Source: Eledone cirrhosa | Taxonomy: Eukaryota | Reading direction: 5' to 3' | Length of the DNA: 64,000 nt | Assembly: GCA_964016885.1 (NCBI GenBank) | Contig: OZ024742.1 | Location: 231,632,001-231,696,000, forward strand | Shown: piece by piece, positions 1-13,165 of the stretch | Position numbering within the stretch: the first letter of the stretch is position 1 | Layout: each line of letters opens with the position of its first letter | The notes under the pieces: generated by a model | Database searches by the model: none | Told to the model about the DNA's origin: nothing | The model's input: only the letters and a program-made list of their open reading frames with translations | Made by a program: the position numbers and the translations under genes

Positions 1-215
1 TTAACCTTTTAGCATTTAAACCGGGCATATCTGGCCAGAATTCTCTCACTTCTTTCTGTTCAAACTGGCCGTAACTGGCCACTCATCTTAAGGTATTGTT
101 CTCAAAATAAATAACAACAAAATCTCATGGATTCGGTATTATGTGAAATAATTATATAAGATAAAGTCTTTACCACAAAAATACAATAGTATATATAGAG
201 TAATGTAAATGCATA
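1..215. mobile_element. TTAA-flanked MITE (piggyBac-type termini), decayed right end
   Basis: Begins TTAA CCTTTTAGCATTTAAACCGG; body matches copies at 17469, 20151, 25035, 46655 and 59205. Confidence 0.7.
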
Positions 216-262
216 TTTTGTCTTTATTCTAATTTTTAATTCATTTTTGATGCTTTATTTAG

Positions 263-304
263 ATCATGGACACTCTCATGGACATACACATAGCCATGGA
301 CTTG
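263..304 (+). CDS. SLC30A7: ZnT7 zinc transporter, internal exon (His-rich loop, part 1)
   Basis: ttttag|...|gtaaat, phase 1-1, 42 nt, encodes (D)HGHSHGHTHSHGL(G); in frame with the next exon. Earlier exons lie upstream of the window. Confidence 0.85.
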
Positions 305-1418
305 GTAAATAATGACTTTTTTTAATTTTATACAATGTCTTCTTAAGTAATTGTTTATTTAAAAGTACAAAGATAATAAAATAAGATAAGAATGAAATTA
401 CTGTATCACTTTGTAAGGTGGTTAGCATGAGGAATGCTACTACTCAACCATATAAATCTTGTCAAAATCGAACATATCTAATTGAGATGCAATACTCTAA
501 CATGTCTATGAGGACAGTAGTTGCAATTAAGTAAAACAACCTGTCCAACCCATGTCAGCATGGAAAAAATAGATGTAAAATAATGATATAACATGTTTTG
601 GCAGAGTTCTTCCTCGGATAAGGATTTGCCAACATGTATCATTACTATTGTATTCTAGTGATTAATCTATTAACCCTTTTGGTACTAACTCACCTAAAAC
701 TACATCTGGTTCAATAGAACAAAACAATCTATTTAGAAGGTTCCTTTTTAAATTAAAATATTCCAACATCATTTTATATATTTTGTTATAAAATAATGTT
801 TTATTAGAGTGTTACAATAATGCAAATGGGTTATTGAATGTTAAAAATAATGATAACAAAGATATTGAAATGTTACCTTGGAGTTGTTAAATAGTCCTTA
901 ATATTTTGGGATAAAATCCTTTCATGAAAAGAAAGTTTAAGGAAACTAATTTGGAGCTGGATATAATGCTACAAGATATCCTTCTTTAACGTTTTTGTTA
1001 TCATTATTTTTAATATTTAATGTCCCATTTGCATTGCTGTAGCCTTCTAATAAAATACACTATTTTTACACTTAATACAATGTTTCAAGCAAACTATAAC
1101 ATCCTTTGTGTTATGTTACAAATACTATCTTTAATATAATAATTTTAATAATTTTAGAAAATTCCTCCAAATTTTTCATTGATTCAAATACAGTTGTAAC
1201 CCTTCCATTATCATATTTCTGTATCAGAAATATGATATTGGAAGGGTTTCAAATTTATTGGAATAATTTTCAGTTTTTGTTGGAACACGGTGAAATGTTA
1301 TGTTTTTTTAATTAATGTTTTTGTTTAATACTTGTTATTACCAATGATATGAGTATATTACTTACTGAATTAGGTATCTAGAATTAAACATTTCCACAAT
1401 CACATTTTGTTTTATTAG

Positions 1419-1598
1419 GTTTAGAAGTAAAGCTTTCCGACCATGATTCTCACCATGACTCTCACCATGATTCTCACCATGACTCTCACCATGAACACAA
1501 CCATAATCATAACCATTGTCACAATCATGGCCATGATAAACCAGTTAATAATACACCAGGAAGATCATCGCAAATTTCTCAAAAACAAATTATGCAAG
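1419..1598 (+). CDS. SLC30A7: ZnT7 exon (His-rich loop, part 2)
   Basis: tattag|...|gtttgt, 180 nt, phase 1-1; GLEVKLSDHDSHHDSHHDSHHDSHHEHNHNHNHCHNHGHDKPVNNTPGRSSQISQKQIMQ(G), which runs into the TM5 motif of the next exon. Confidence 0.9.
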
Positions 1599-1734
1599 GT
1601 TTGTATTTTTAATTTTCTTTTTTGTCATCTGATATCTGAAATCAGACTAGCTAATAATTTTGTGCATCTTCAAATTCTATAAATATATATATTTTTTATT
1701 TGTTATTGTAATTGTTACAGCTTATATCTATGTA

Positions 1735-2005
1735 GGTTTAGCTGGCCTCCTATGAGATTGCCTCTCATAGGAGGTTTCTTGGGTTTTTTAATGATAGGGG
1801 TCTATCATGAAAAGACTCTGCTCTGAACAAGATGCCAGTCCATTGTAACGGTTAACCCCCAGCTATTGCTGGTACTAATTTTTTTCAGCTGAGTGAACTG
1901 GAGCAACATAAAATAAAGTGACTTGCTCAAGAACAAAATGCACTGCCCGGTCCAAGAATTGAACTGATGACCTTATAATCATGATTCCGACACCTAATCA
2001 CGAGG
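1735..2005 (-). mobile_element. tRNA-derived SINE (family B head)
   Basis: Reverse complement of B-box (gttcaattc) and tgttcttgagcaagtcactt core; 3' tail differs from the 3655 copy. Confidence 0.6.
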
Positions 2006-2112
2006 CTTTTAGATTACTGTTATTAATTTTTGAGAATACTATTTCAATGGTCTCCAATCTTTTTTATATCACAGATCGGCTTCATGCCAGACAATCTTTC
2101 CGCGGGCCGGTA

Positions 2113-2410
2113 ATATAATAATAATAATGAAATTATTGTGTACAGTGCTCAGGTGCACTACAACTCATCAAAGGTGCATGTATAGTACATAGAATAATGT
2201 ACAAATGTCAGGTAATAAACAGTGTATGAGTCATGATATAATAACAATAACGAAATATTGTGCACAGTGCCCAGGTGCACCACAACTCATCAAAAAAGTG
2301 CATGTACAGTACATAGGGCAATGCACAAACATCAGTAAAATGAACAGTGCACAAGTCATGATACACACATGTGTGCATGTGTATGGAAGGGGTACATCAG
2401 GTGTAGTAGT
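2113..2410 (-). mobile_element. CR1-group LINE 3' UTR (duplicated-tail subfamily)
   Basis: (ATT)n tail plus 3' UTR nearly identical to 23295-23600. Confidence 0.85.
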
Positions 2411-2542
2411 TGCACATATATGTTATTTAAGTGCATTTCGATAAAGAGAGCAATAATAAAAAGAGCAATTTATTAAAGGGAAGAAAAAATGTATAATCTT
2501 TTGACTCTCATGTCAATCTTTTAAAATTGAAGTCCAATATTC

Positions 2543-3398
2543 AATAATAATGAAATGAAATTATTGTGTACAGTGCTCAGGTGCACTACAACTCATCAAA
2601 GGTGCATGTATAGTACATAGAATAATGTACAAATGTCAGGAAAATAAACAGTGTATGAGTCATGATATAATAACAATAACAATAATGAAATATTGTGCAC
2701 AGTGCCCAGGTGCACCACAACCCATCAAAAAAGTGCATGTACAGTACATAGGGCAATGCACAAACATCAGTAAAATGAACAGTGCACACATGTGTGCATG
2801 TGTATGGAAGGGGCACATCAGGTGTAGTTTTGGCGTATTTCGGGAAGCATGAGTGTCTTAAAGGATGCAGTGTCTCGGCAGCTAACAATTGACGCAGGCA
2901 GTTTGTTCCATGTTTCAGCAACTCTGAGCGTGAAAAAATGTCTGTGAAAGTCATGGGAGCTGTGCTGTTTTCTTATCTTGTAGGCATGTCCACGTGTGTT
3001 AGATACATGGAGATCAAAGAGGCGCTCAGGTTTGCAGTTGGCGAGATGGTTAAAAACTTTGTGGGTATTCACCAAGTCCACTGCCAGACGTCGGAGCTTC
3101 AATGAATCCATGCCCAGGGAAGCAAGGCGTTCAGAGTATGGTAGGTGTCTGATGGAGGGTATGCGCTTGGTTGCACGTCTCTGAACAGTTTCCAGGAGGT
3201 CAATGTTCCGAGCAAGATAGGGGTTCCAGACTGATGATGCGAATTCCAAGTGTGGTCGCACCATAGCTGTATACAGTTTTAAATAGATGGCTGGAGAGCG
3301 GCTAACAAAGGTCTTGCTGAGTGATGCCAAGACACCCTCGGCCTTCTTGACAATCTTAGAGACATGCTTTGTCCAACGCAAATCGTTGCTGACAGTAA
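2543..3398 (-). mobile_element. 5'-truncated CR1-group LINE (RT C-terminus + 3' UTR)
   Basis: ORF 2818-3381 with LYTAMVRPHLEF, LETVQRRATK and TRGH motifs; (ATT)n tail. Confidence 0.92.
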
Positions 3399-3654
3399 TT
3401 TATCTATTAATTATTTCTTTGCGGCCTGGTAGTTTTGGCTGGCTAGTTGAAAAATGAAATTTCTTTGGAACTCATTTGAGAACATCATCATCACCGTTTT
3501 ACGTCCATTTTTTCATGCTAGCATGGGTTAGACGAGTTAATAGAAACAGTATTTATTAGTAATATGACAGATAGTTTCATATCTGTAATTAATTTACAGA
3601 TTTGTTTGTGAATGGGCAGGCTTTAAGTGTTTACCCTAACTTTAATTGTAACCA

Positions 3655-3990
3655 TCATGGCTTAGTGGTTAGAGCATTGGGCTTGCAATCGGAAGGTTGT
3701 AAGTTCGATTCTCGGAATGGGTGGTGCGTTGTGTCCTTGAGCAAGACACTTTATTTCACGTTGTTCCAGTTTACTCAGCTGTAGAAATGAGTTGCGACGT
3801 CACTGGCGTCAAGCTGTATCGGCCATTGACTTTCCCTTGGACATCATCGGTGGCATGGAGGGGGGATGCTGGTATGCATGGGCGACTGCTGGTCTTCCTC
3901 AAACAACCTTGCCCAGACTTGTGCCTCCGAGGGGAAACTTTCTAGGTGCAAATCCCCTGGTCACTCATGACCGAAGGGGGTCTTTACCCA
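3655..3990 (+). mobile_element. tRNA-derived SINE (family B)
   Basis: A-box tggcttagtggt, B-box gttcgattc, gtgtccttgagcaagacacttt core; homologous minus-strand copy at ~21230-21465. Confidence 0.8.
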
Positions 3991-4059
3991 TAGGGTATTT
4001 GTGGAAAGTTGGTCATATTGTTTCAGTCAAACATCAGTTTGATGAGTGCTTAGAATAAT

Positions 4060-4270
4060 GGTCTCTAATTTTGGCACAAGGCCAGCAATTTAGTGGAGTG
4101 GGGATAAAGTGTAAGTCAATGAAATCAACCCTAGTCCTTTACTGGTACTTTATTTTATTGACCTCGAAAGAATGAAAAGCAAAGTTGACTGTGTCAGGAT
4201 TTGAACTCAGAATCTAAAGGGCCAGAATGAATACTAGTAAGCCCTAACAACTCTGCCAAGTACACTGTCC
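4060..4270 (-). mobile_element. tRNA-derived SINE (family A)
   Basis: Matches the family consensus ...ctgagttcaaatcc...tttcatccttacggggtcgataaaataaagtaccagt...ggccttgtgcc. Other copies at ~5795, 9388, 10417(+), 16665, 25622, 27080(+), 27410, 39788, 50507, 51330, 51477, 55220 and 56105. Confidence 0.8.
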
Positions 4271-4689
4271 TTATCTAAAATAGATATTTTAATTTCTATT
4301 GTGTTGCAGTCATAGTGCTGTTTTGTACTTTTCAAGAATGTCTTGCTAATGCAGTTCCATGTGGTTCAGGACATTAAGAATTAAAAAGCCAATACCAATG
4401 AACATTGCAGGCCCTCAGTACTAATAATAAATACAAACATGTAATTTTAAACATTGTTAATTTGGCAAAGGAATATTAGAAATTTACTTTAAATATGCTA
4501 TATATTTTAAAATTATAGAAACATCAGGCAATGTTAAAAAATTCTGTATTGTAGAACATAAAATAATGTGATGGTTTATTTAATGTAACCAAGTAGCCTG
4601 GTAAAATAAGAATACTCTCTTTTAAGAAAAAATGTTTCTATTCATGTTTGCAGAGGTTAATGTTGGAAGATTATTGTTTTTTGTTTGTT

Positions 4690-5319
4690 TTTTAATGTAC
4701 CAGTAAACACAAGTCAGTTATTAGTGACATCAAAATCAACACAAGACAGAACAAATGGAGACAAGAAGTTTGGAAGCTAAAGGACCTTTCAGTTAAATAT
4801 AGGCTTAGAAAGGCCCTACATGATGTAGTAGATGAGAGGGTGATGAGCTAGGTACATATAACATGGAGGTCAACTAGAAATTCCTATATGACAACCTTTT
4901 GTAAACTACTGAGGAGACATGTGGCTGGAGTAAAGCCATTAAAGCCAAGAGACAATCAAGAAAAGAGTGGAAAAATGGGGGTAGCAGAGACTGGTACTAC
5001 GTAACTAAGCTTGATGAACTAAGGGAGAAACTGGGTTTAAGATGAATCCAAAGTGGCGTGCAAGGGAGAAGACTGCATTGGTACAGACACGTGATGCTCA
5101 TGTATGATGATCAATGGGTGAAGAAGTGTCAGTAGAAGGAAGCCACAATAGAGGTAGCCCAAGAAAAGCCTGGGCAGAGGTGGTAAGAGCTGATCTCAAA
5201 TCGCTGAGACTCAGAGGAGATGACAAAGGAACGCAGCAAGTGGTGAGATGCTGTGCAGAGAAGGATCTGTCCAACCCATGCAAGCGTGTAAAAAATGGAC
5301 AAAAACGATGATGGTGGTG

Positions 5320-5320
<1 letters not shown>
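4690..5320 (+). mobile_element. Decayed, internally deleted RTE LINE
   Basis: RRLHWY and RGSPRKAWAEVV remnants; aacccatgcaagcg hairpin and (GAT)n tail. Confidence 0.8.
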
Positions 5321-5334
<14 letters not shown>

Positions 5335-5364
<30 letters not shown>

Positions 5365-5540
5365 AATTATTGTGTACAGTGCTCAGATGCACTACAACTC
5401 ATCAAAGGTGCATGTATAGTACATAGAGTAATGTACAAATGTCAGGAAAATGAACAGTGTATGAGTCATGATATAATAACAATAATGAAATATTGTGTAC
5501 AGTGCCCAGGTGCACCACAACTCATCAAAAAAGTGCATGT
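5335..5540 (-). mobile_element. CR1-group LINE 3' end
   Basis: Same 3' UTR as the 2113, 2543 and 23295 copies. Confidence 0.85.
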
Positions 5541-6160
5541 ATGTGTGTTTATATCTGTGTTTGCATGTGTGCATCCATATCTGTGTTTGTTTAGGCCTTG
5601 TAATTTAGAGGTTCAACACAAAGAGAGTGACAAAATGCATATCAAACTTCAAAAAATATGTACTGGGGTCGATATGATTGACTAAATATGCAGTAGCCAG
5701 TATGGCCGAATTCTAATGACTAAAAGTGTAAAAGAGTAAAAGTGTTATAACTCTTTAAAGGGACATAACTTTGGTAAGTAAACCATTTGACAAATAATTG
5801 TTTCTAATTTTGGCACAAGGCCAGCAATTAGCCAGTGCATTACTGGTACTTTATTTTATCGACCCCGTAAGGATGAAAGGCAAAGTTAACCTCAGCGGGA
5901 TTTGAACTCAGATCATAAAGGGCTGTAACTCTTTGCTACAAAGCATGGCGTCCGACCCTCTACCGATACTGGCGATAAAATTAGTACAAATCTACATACT
6001 GTGGTCAGTATAATTAACCCGGTTCTTGCAGATTCTTGTCAATCGATTATCTTTCCTTTATCCATATTCCTTACCCAATTCCATTATATATATGTTTAAA
6101 CTTATTCAGTATTGTGAAATTTATGTTATTATTTTTATACCCAGGTCAGACGTGAGCATC

Positions 6161-6195
<35 letters not shown>

Positions 6196-7628
6196 CCAAA
6201 GATAAATTATGTTTAGAACACTGTTGATCAATTGGGAAGCTTATAGAATGAACGATTCAGTTTTGGAGTAGATGGGAATGGAACAAAAGTTTTTGATGAT
6301 GGTCAAAAGGAGAAAATTGTGCTATTTTGGCAATGTTATCAGAACACTGTACCCATATCCTTAGGGGATGGGGGGACAGAAACGAAAATGGTGTGACAGC
6401 AATCGAAGACTGGGCAATGAGGGATCTGGCAGAGTGTATATCTACAGTACGGGACAGCAATATGTGACAAAAAGTGGTGGTTATGTCTGAGGCTCCCAAC
6501 CCTCAACCATGAGGATGGGATTTTATTTATTAGTTATGTCTAGAACTACATTATCCAACTTGTCTGACTCTTTTTAAGATGGTAGGATGTGCTATGAAGG
6601 AAGTTTGGCTGCTGCTTCTAGTAGGTCAGGTAACTATAAAGAGAGGCTTCCTTGTTGGCTCATGAAGTCTCATTGAAGTGTAGTTGTTAAATCATTTGAT
6701 GCTATACCGGCCAAACATTAACTTAATAATAAGAAAGCTAGATTAGGGAATCCTTTCAAATTTTTATTTTAAAAATGATTTGAAAATCATATACAGTGTC
6801 TTTCATTAGAAATATGCTAATGAAAAGGTTAAACATTTTAAGGTTTGGTTGTGACATTGAATATTAGTAAACCTATTAGTTTTGGAGCTCCAATGGTTTT
6901 TATATATGTTGCCTCTACATGTATGAATATGGGAATGTTTTTATATGTGTGTATGTATATATCACTGTCATCCTCATTTTATATTGCATGCACACACACA
7001 CATGAATCTGAGTTTGAGATTTACCCTAAATCAATATGCAAGTGTTGAGCACTTTGCTCTGATATTGAAGTCTGTTGATTCTAAAATATCATATTACCAG
7101 CAGCTATAAACATCTGTTAAAGAATATTCCCATTCTGACTTTGCTATTTAATATGGTTGACCAAGAATTATAGATGAAAATATAATATAAAAGTTTAATG
7201 CACATTTGTATCACACTCCTTACAACATTTACTCAATGGCATATTCATCATCATTATCATTTTACATCTGCTTTTCAATGCTTTCATGAGTTGGACTGGT
7301 CTTCTTCAGTGCAGTATCCCACAATAAATACAGGGTAAATTAAGCGTTACTGTGGTAGAGGGCGACATGAAGGAAGTAGTTAGGGCAGTTTTTAAATGTA
7401 ATTAGCATTTTTTTTTTGTCAAATTATATTTCAAACATCAGCAATAGATATAATTTAATTTATTTACTAAATACTTCTATATTCTTGATTATTTTCAAAA
7501 TTAAATGATGAGTCCAGCATGGAATAAAATAATGATGATGTCTCTCTCTCTCTCTCTCTCTGTTTATATATATATATAGAATTAAAAAAATGCGAAGTAG
7601 TTTCAAATGTTAAAGTCCTTTATTGATA

Positions 7629-7707
7629 AGGCTGTGATACATATTTCAATGATGACAGTGGCCACGCAATTCCGCACAACCAGTGCCATGATCTCGTCAG
7701 ATAGCCT
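7629..7707 (-). ncRNA. Type I hammerhead ribozyme with extended stem II (Penelope-type)
   Basis: Minus strand: aggctat-CTGACGA-g[long hairpin]t-GAAA-tatgt-ATC-acagcct, followed by AATAAA. Confidence 0.7.
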
Positions 7708-7806
7708 CATTACATATTAAGGTAATCTTGAGGCAATCCAAACTAAAACGACAAGGGAATGGACAAAGATGATATTTTTGAAGCCTTCACCCGATATATA
7801 TATATA

Positions 7807-9240
7807 TCATCATCATCATCATCATCACCATCATTTAACGTTCATTTTCCACGGTAGTATAGGTTAGACGGTTTTGTTCCATTTGATGTGGGAATGGTCG
7901 TAAGACCATGTCTCGCTCACACGGAAGCGTCTCTGGCAGGTTTTTGTTTTACAGCTGGATGCCCTTCTTAACACCAACCACATTTACAGTGTGGACTGGA
8001 AGCCTTTTCACCTTGTCTCCGACATGGTCACCTTACAGTGTGGACTGTTGTGTCAGCGATACAGTGGATGGAAGGGGAGAGGGCAGGGGGGTAGGGTGTG
8101 GCGGTGGGGTGTACAATGAGTTCAGAGGTGCCTACTGACTGTAGGTTTGTATGCAATGGTAGTCGGGTCTTCTGTACAACTGCATGGCGCCAAAGGTCTC
8201 GATCCAGTGTCATTGTCTTAGAGAGGTGTAGGTGGGCAAGGTCAGTTTTTATCACTTTGTCCCAGATTTTTCTTGGTCTACCCACTCCGCAGATTCCATC
8301 AATTTTCATTGCCCTGCACTTTTTTATGTAGCTGTCATCCTTCATACGCATCACATGTCCATACCAACGCAATCCCCTCTCCAGAACACAACATTTGATA
8401 CCTCTTATGCTTAGTCTCCCTCTTAGTTCATTTATGCGTCACCTTTCGCGCACGTTACTATTACACATCCATCGGAGCATGCAAGTTTCATTTCTTTCTA
8501 ATCTACACAAGTCTTCAGCACACAATGCCCAAGTCTCACTACCATGTAATATCACCGTTCGTATACATGCATCATACAATCTGCCTTTCACTTTTAGAAA
8601 AAAAAACCCTTGTGGCCAACAGCGGTATTAGCTCTCTGAACTTTTTCCATCCCTTCTAACTCTGGCTACTACACTTTCAGAGCACCCTCCTCCACTGCTG
8701 ATTTTGTCACCCAGGTAACAGAAGGCGTCTACTATTTCTATAGAACCATTTGGGAAGTTGAAAGAGATATCATTCAGTGGATCCTTGCTACTTACTGCAT
8801 CTGAGCATCGGCCACATATAAAATCTACATTCTTAGATAGCTTACCTCTGATCCCACTACATCTTTTATGCAACCATATTTTGCATTTGGGACATCTTAC
8901 ACAGTGAGCATGGCCATTTCCCAGAGGGTACCTATGCCCTATTCTCCTTTCTGCATACTAGAACCTTAGTTTTAGACAAGTTGACTCTAAGGTCTTTTGA
9001 TTCAAGGCCATGCTTCCATGTTTGGAACTTCCTCTCTAGTTCAGCCATAGATTCAGCTATGAGAGTTAGATCATCTGCATATAGAAGTTCCCATGGACAG
9101 CCAGTCCTAAACCCCTCTGTTATAGCCTGTAGCACAATTATAAACAGGAGGGGGCTAAGAATGAAGCCCTGGTGTACCCCTACCATTACGCTAAATTCAT
9201 CACTATATTCTTTGTTAATTCTAACCTTGCTGACTGTTCA
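7807..9240 (-). mobile_element. 5'-truncated RTE LINE (RT, C-terminus, 3' UTR)
   Basis: GVHQGFILSPLLF, ELLYADDL and LRWYGHVMRM motifs; (GAT)n tail; frameshifted. Confidence 0.92.
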
Positions 9241-10639
9241 TCTATACACACATATATATATATGTACATATACACACAGTCAATGTATGTGTTCGTGATT
9301 GTGATAGCTAGCAGCATATATATATAGAAAGAGAGAGAGGGGGGGGGATACAATGGTGTAGATTTAATTATTTTAACTATAGTAATATTGGTTTCTTGAT
9401 TTAATCGACTTTCCCCTCCCCCCAAATTACTGGCACAAGGCCAGTAATTTGGGGGGAGGGGAAAGTCAATCAAATCAACTCCAGTATGTTACTGGTGCTT
9501 TATTTTATCGACCCTGTAAGGATGAAAGGCAAAGTAAATCTCGGCGGGATTTGAACTCAGACCGAATCCCACTGAGGTTAATATTAATAAAACACAAGCT
9601 GTGAATCCATTTAGGCAAAACTTAACACCCCTCTTCTCTTAATCACAATTTCACTTGAATCTTAATTACTAGATTGCTTCTCTCATTTTATTATGTAACT
9701 GTCTTTTTTTCATCAAGTGGCAAGATGTTTTCAGTATTTGTTGGCATGCCAATATATCCCATATGCTCAAACATTGCAAAGCTTTAGGGTTGATTGATAT
9801 TTGAGCTTTGATTTTGTTGTTTCTACTTGTCTCTTAACATTCTGTAAAGATTCAGCAAATAATATATCAAAACAGGTATTTTAATTTAAATGTTTATAGT
9901 ACCTTTTGTCGTGGACAGATCATTTTGTAAATTTGCAGTAATTATTTTTTTTAAAGTTTGTTAATTCAAATGTTTATAGTACCTTTATTAGCAAACAGCT
10001 CATTGTAAAAATTTGCAGTAAATATTTCAAATCAGGTTTGTTAATTTAAGTGTTTATAATATCTTTACTAGTGGACAGATTGTGAAAATTTGCAGTAAAC
10101 TAAAGACTTTTTAATGTGATGTAGTCATAATGCTGCTTTGTACTTTTGAAGAATATCTTGCTAATCTGGTTTCATGTGGTACAGGGTATTAAGAATTAAA
10201 TAAGGCATTTGTGTCTAATTGTTTCTTCATAACCACATGCCCCTAAAATTGTTACTAACAATATTAGATGAATTCATAAGTCTCTGTTTTTATTTGCTTA
10301 GTAAATTTACAACTTTGAGAAAAAGGTATGCTTTTATAATTCAACCATCTGTAGATATTAGTGGCATACATAAAGGTACTGTGAAACCATATCTGTCAAA
10401 TATTATTATTTGATATAGATGGATTGGCAGTATCGGTAGAGGGTCGGACACCATGCTTTGACGCATAGAGTTACGGCCCTTGCCATTCTGAGTTCAAATC
10501 CCGTCGAGGTTAACTTTGTCTTTGATCCTTACAGTGTCGATAAATAATGCACTGGGTAATTGTTGGCCTTGTGCCAAAAATAGAAACAATTATTACTATT
10601 TCTAAATAAAATATAAAATAGTTAAATTGTAATACATAT

Positions 10640-10930
10640 GTATGGTCCCGTAACTCCTGATAGAGTTGTAGGGGTGCCATATTGACATACAGTGTTTCTT
10701 GGGCATTTTAAAGCCTGGTAGAGCCCAACCCTCTCCAGGCCTGGGTACAGCAGATTTCTTCCTGAGAGAGGAAGAATCAACCCTAGTACTAAACTGGTAC
10801 CTTTTTATCGACCTCGAAAGGATGAAAGGCAAAGTTGGCCTCGGTAGGATTTGAACTCGGAGAGCAGAGAGCTGGAACAAATACTTAAAGCATTCTATCC
10901 GACATTCTAACCACTCTGCCAATTTGCCTT
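10640..10930 (-). mobile_element. SINE family A head with an alternative 3' tail
   Basis: Head as family A, followed by the tail ggaagaaatctgctg...ggagttacgggac; same composite at ~41155-41395 and ~44120-44450. Confidence 0.7.
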
Positions 10931-11689
10931 AAAATTGTAATATAGAGTGATTAAAAATAATGCAAATCATGTGAGATTGACAGTAGTGTAACAGTGTATT
11001 AATACCATTCATTGGCTCTAAACTAGTACCAAATATATGTATGTAGAAATTACACCACTTTTATGATGGCAACACTATGTATTTTATTTTTTGTCTCCTA
11101 TGCCTTTTGATAATTTGGTTTTATGAAAATTCTGAAACTGCTAGTTTTGTAACATATTTGAGATAAAGTTTAGCAGATTTATCTTGACTCTGAATTTCTT
11201 TGTCATAGTTTTTTAAGAGTTGGTGTTACTTATGATGGGAAAGAAACAAAGACTTGATGGTTGCTGTTGACTGCTATACCAATCCTTTTGAGGACCCCAG
11301 ATAATGAACTTTTTATAATCTTAGACTTTGAGGAACATGTAGTTTTATGGCAGCATGACTTCACTGATTTGGAAGTGAGCAAAGAAAATATGGAAAGAAA
11401 GAATTCAAGGACAATTTGTCTTTACTGAGTAACTAGTTTATTATTATTATTTTTTTTTTATGCCTCCATTCACAAGATTATGCTTTTATTTAAGCAACTA
11501 ACTTTGTCTAACTCTTTTACTCTAGAAATGCCACCATTTAGAATTCTTATACTCTTCATATCTTTTTATAGAAATTTATCTAGACTAAACGTTAACTGTA
11601 CTAACCTCATCCATATTTCACATTCAGTCTATAAGATCCTTGCAGTCCTTTCTTTTCATACACAGTTAAACTGGAAGCAGAGTAAGCAG

Positions 11690-12005
11690 CAAAGGCAGTG
11701 CCTTTATCTGCCGAGAGTCATCTTGATTGAGAAGTGGCAAAAAGGGGTTTCAGCATTATTAGTAGAAATCTTTTCGTCAAAGAACCAGAAATTCTTGCAG
11801 AATTTAGAGAAGTGAGAGAGCTTGTAGATGATGCATGAAGGCTTTCTTTGCTCACCTTCTTTTAATACTTTGTTACAGTGCAAGAATGCCTTGATGACAG
11901 TATTCTTTGCTTGTATAGCAGATTTGCAGAAACATTTGAGAATTTCAAAGTTGTATGAGAGATATGGAGGCCATAACTTGGAGGTGGATGCTTTCAATGA
12001 CCCAT
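11690..12005 (-). mobile_element. Old LINE fragment (EN-RT linker, CR1/Jockey group)
   Basis: ORF CKSAIQAKN...CNKVLKEGE...KNFWFFDEKISTN resembles the LINE tether region; highly diverged. Confidence 0.45.
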
Positions 12006-12009
12006 GTAA

Positions 12010-13165
12010 CTATCGCAGATGAGACAGAGTAAATATCATTATAGAATTGGCTGGGTTAGTCTGATGGGTTAAATGAACTGTAATAAATACTAAGGCCTTC
12101 GCTGGGGAAGAATGTGTTGCCCAACACAAGATGGTTGTTAGTGACGTCAGAATAGACACAAGATGGAACAAGATATGCAGGAAAATATGGAGATGGAGGG
12201 TTTGGAAGCTAAAAGACCTTTCTGTTAAATATAGGTTTAGAAATGCCCTACTGAATGCATTTGATGAGAGGGGTGGTTCTAAATACATATAATGAAGGGG
12301 ACAATTTGGAATTTTTGCGTAACAACTTTCTGCGAACTACTGATGAGATTTGTGGCAGGAGTAAAGCATGAGCCAGACAGAGGGTGACCTGGTGGTGGAG
12401 TAAAGCATCAGCCAGACAGAGGGTGACCTGGCAGTGGAACAGCACAGCGGATAGAGCTGTTAAAGCCAAGAGACAGGTGTGGAAAGACTGGAAAAATGGG
12501 GGAAGCAGAGACTGGTACCAGGTAACTAAGAGAGAAGCATAAAGTATATGCTTCTGCTATCTAGGTGACATACTTAGCATTGGAGGAGGCTGCTCTGAGA
12601 GCATAATATAATAGCTAGAATAAGGATAGGGTGGAAGAAGTTTAGAAAGCTACTCCCACCGTTGACAACAAAAGGTTTCTCCCTACGTACAAAGGGATGA
12701 CTGTATGACACTTGTGTGTGAAGTGTGATGCTACATGGTAGTGAAAGATAGGCTATGACTGCAGAGAACATACGTAATGGATGTGCAATGTAAACTTGAG
12801 AGAAAGGCAGAGCTTAATGAACTGAGAGAGAAACTGGGTTTAAGATGAATCTGAAGTGGCATGCAAGAGAGAAAATTGCATTGGTACAGACATGTGATGC
12901 ACATGTCTGATGATTGATGGGTGAAGAATTGTCAAGAAATCCCAGTAGAAGGAAGCGGCAGTGGATATAGACCAAGAAAGACTTGGGCAGAGCTGGGGAG
13001 AGCTGATCTCATATCACTGAGACTCACAGAGGAGATGAAGGAATTGGGCGTGTGAAGAGATGGTGTGCTGAAAAGAATCCGTCCAATCCATGTAAGCATG
13101 AAAAAAATGGACGTAAAAATGATGATGATTATCATCATTATCATCATCTTCATCATCATCACCAT
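12010..13165 (+). mobile_element. Decayed RTE LINE with internal deletions
   Basis: EECVAQHKMVVSD, VWKLKD and MLHGSE remnants; (GAT)n tail. Confidence 0.82.

Noticed and set aside
3655-3725. tRNA gene
   Set aside because: A and B boxes are present, but there is no proper acceptor stem and it continues into a SINE body.
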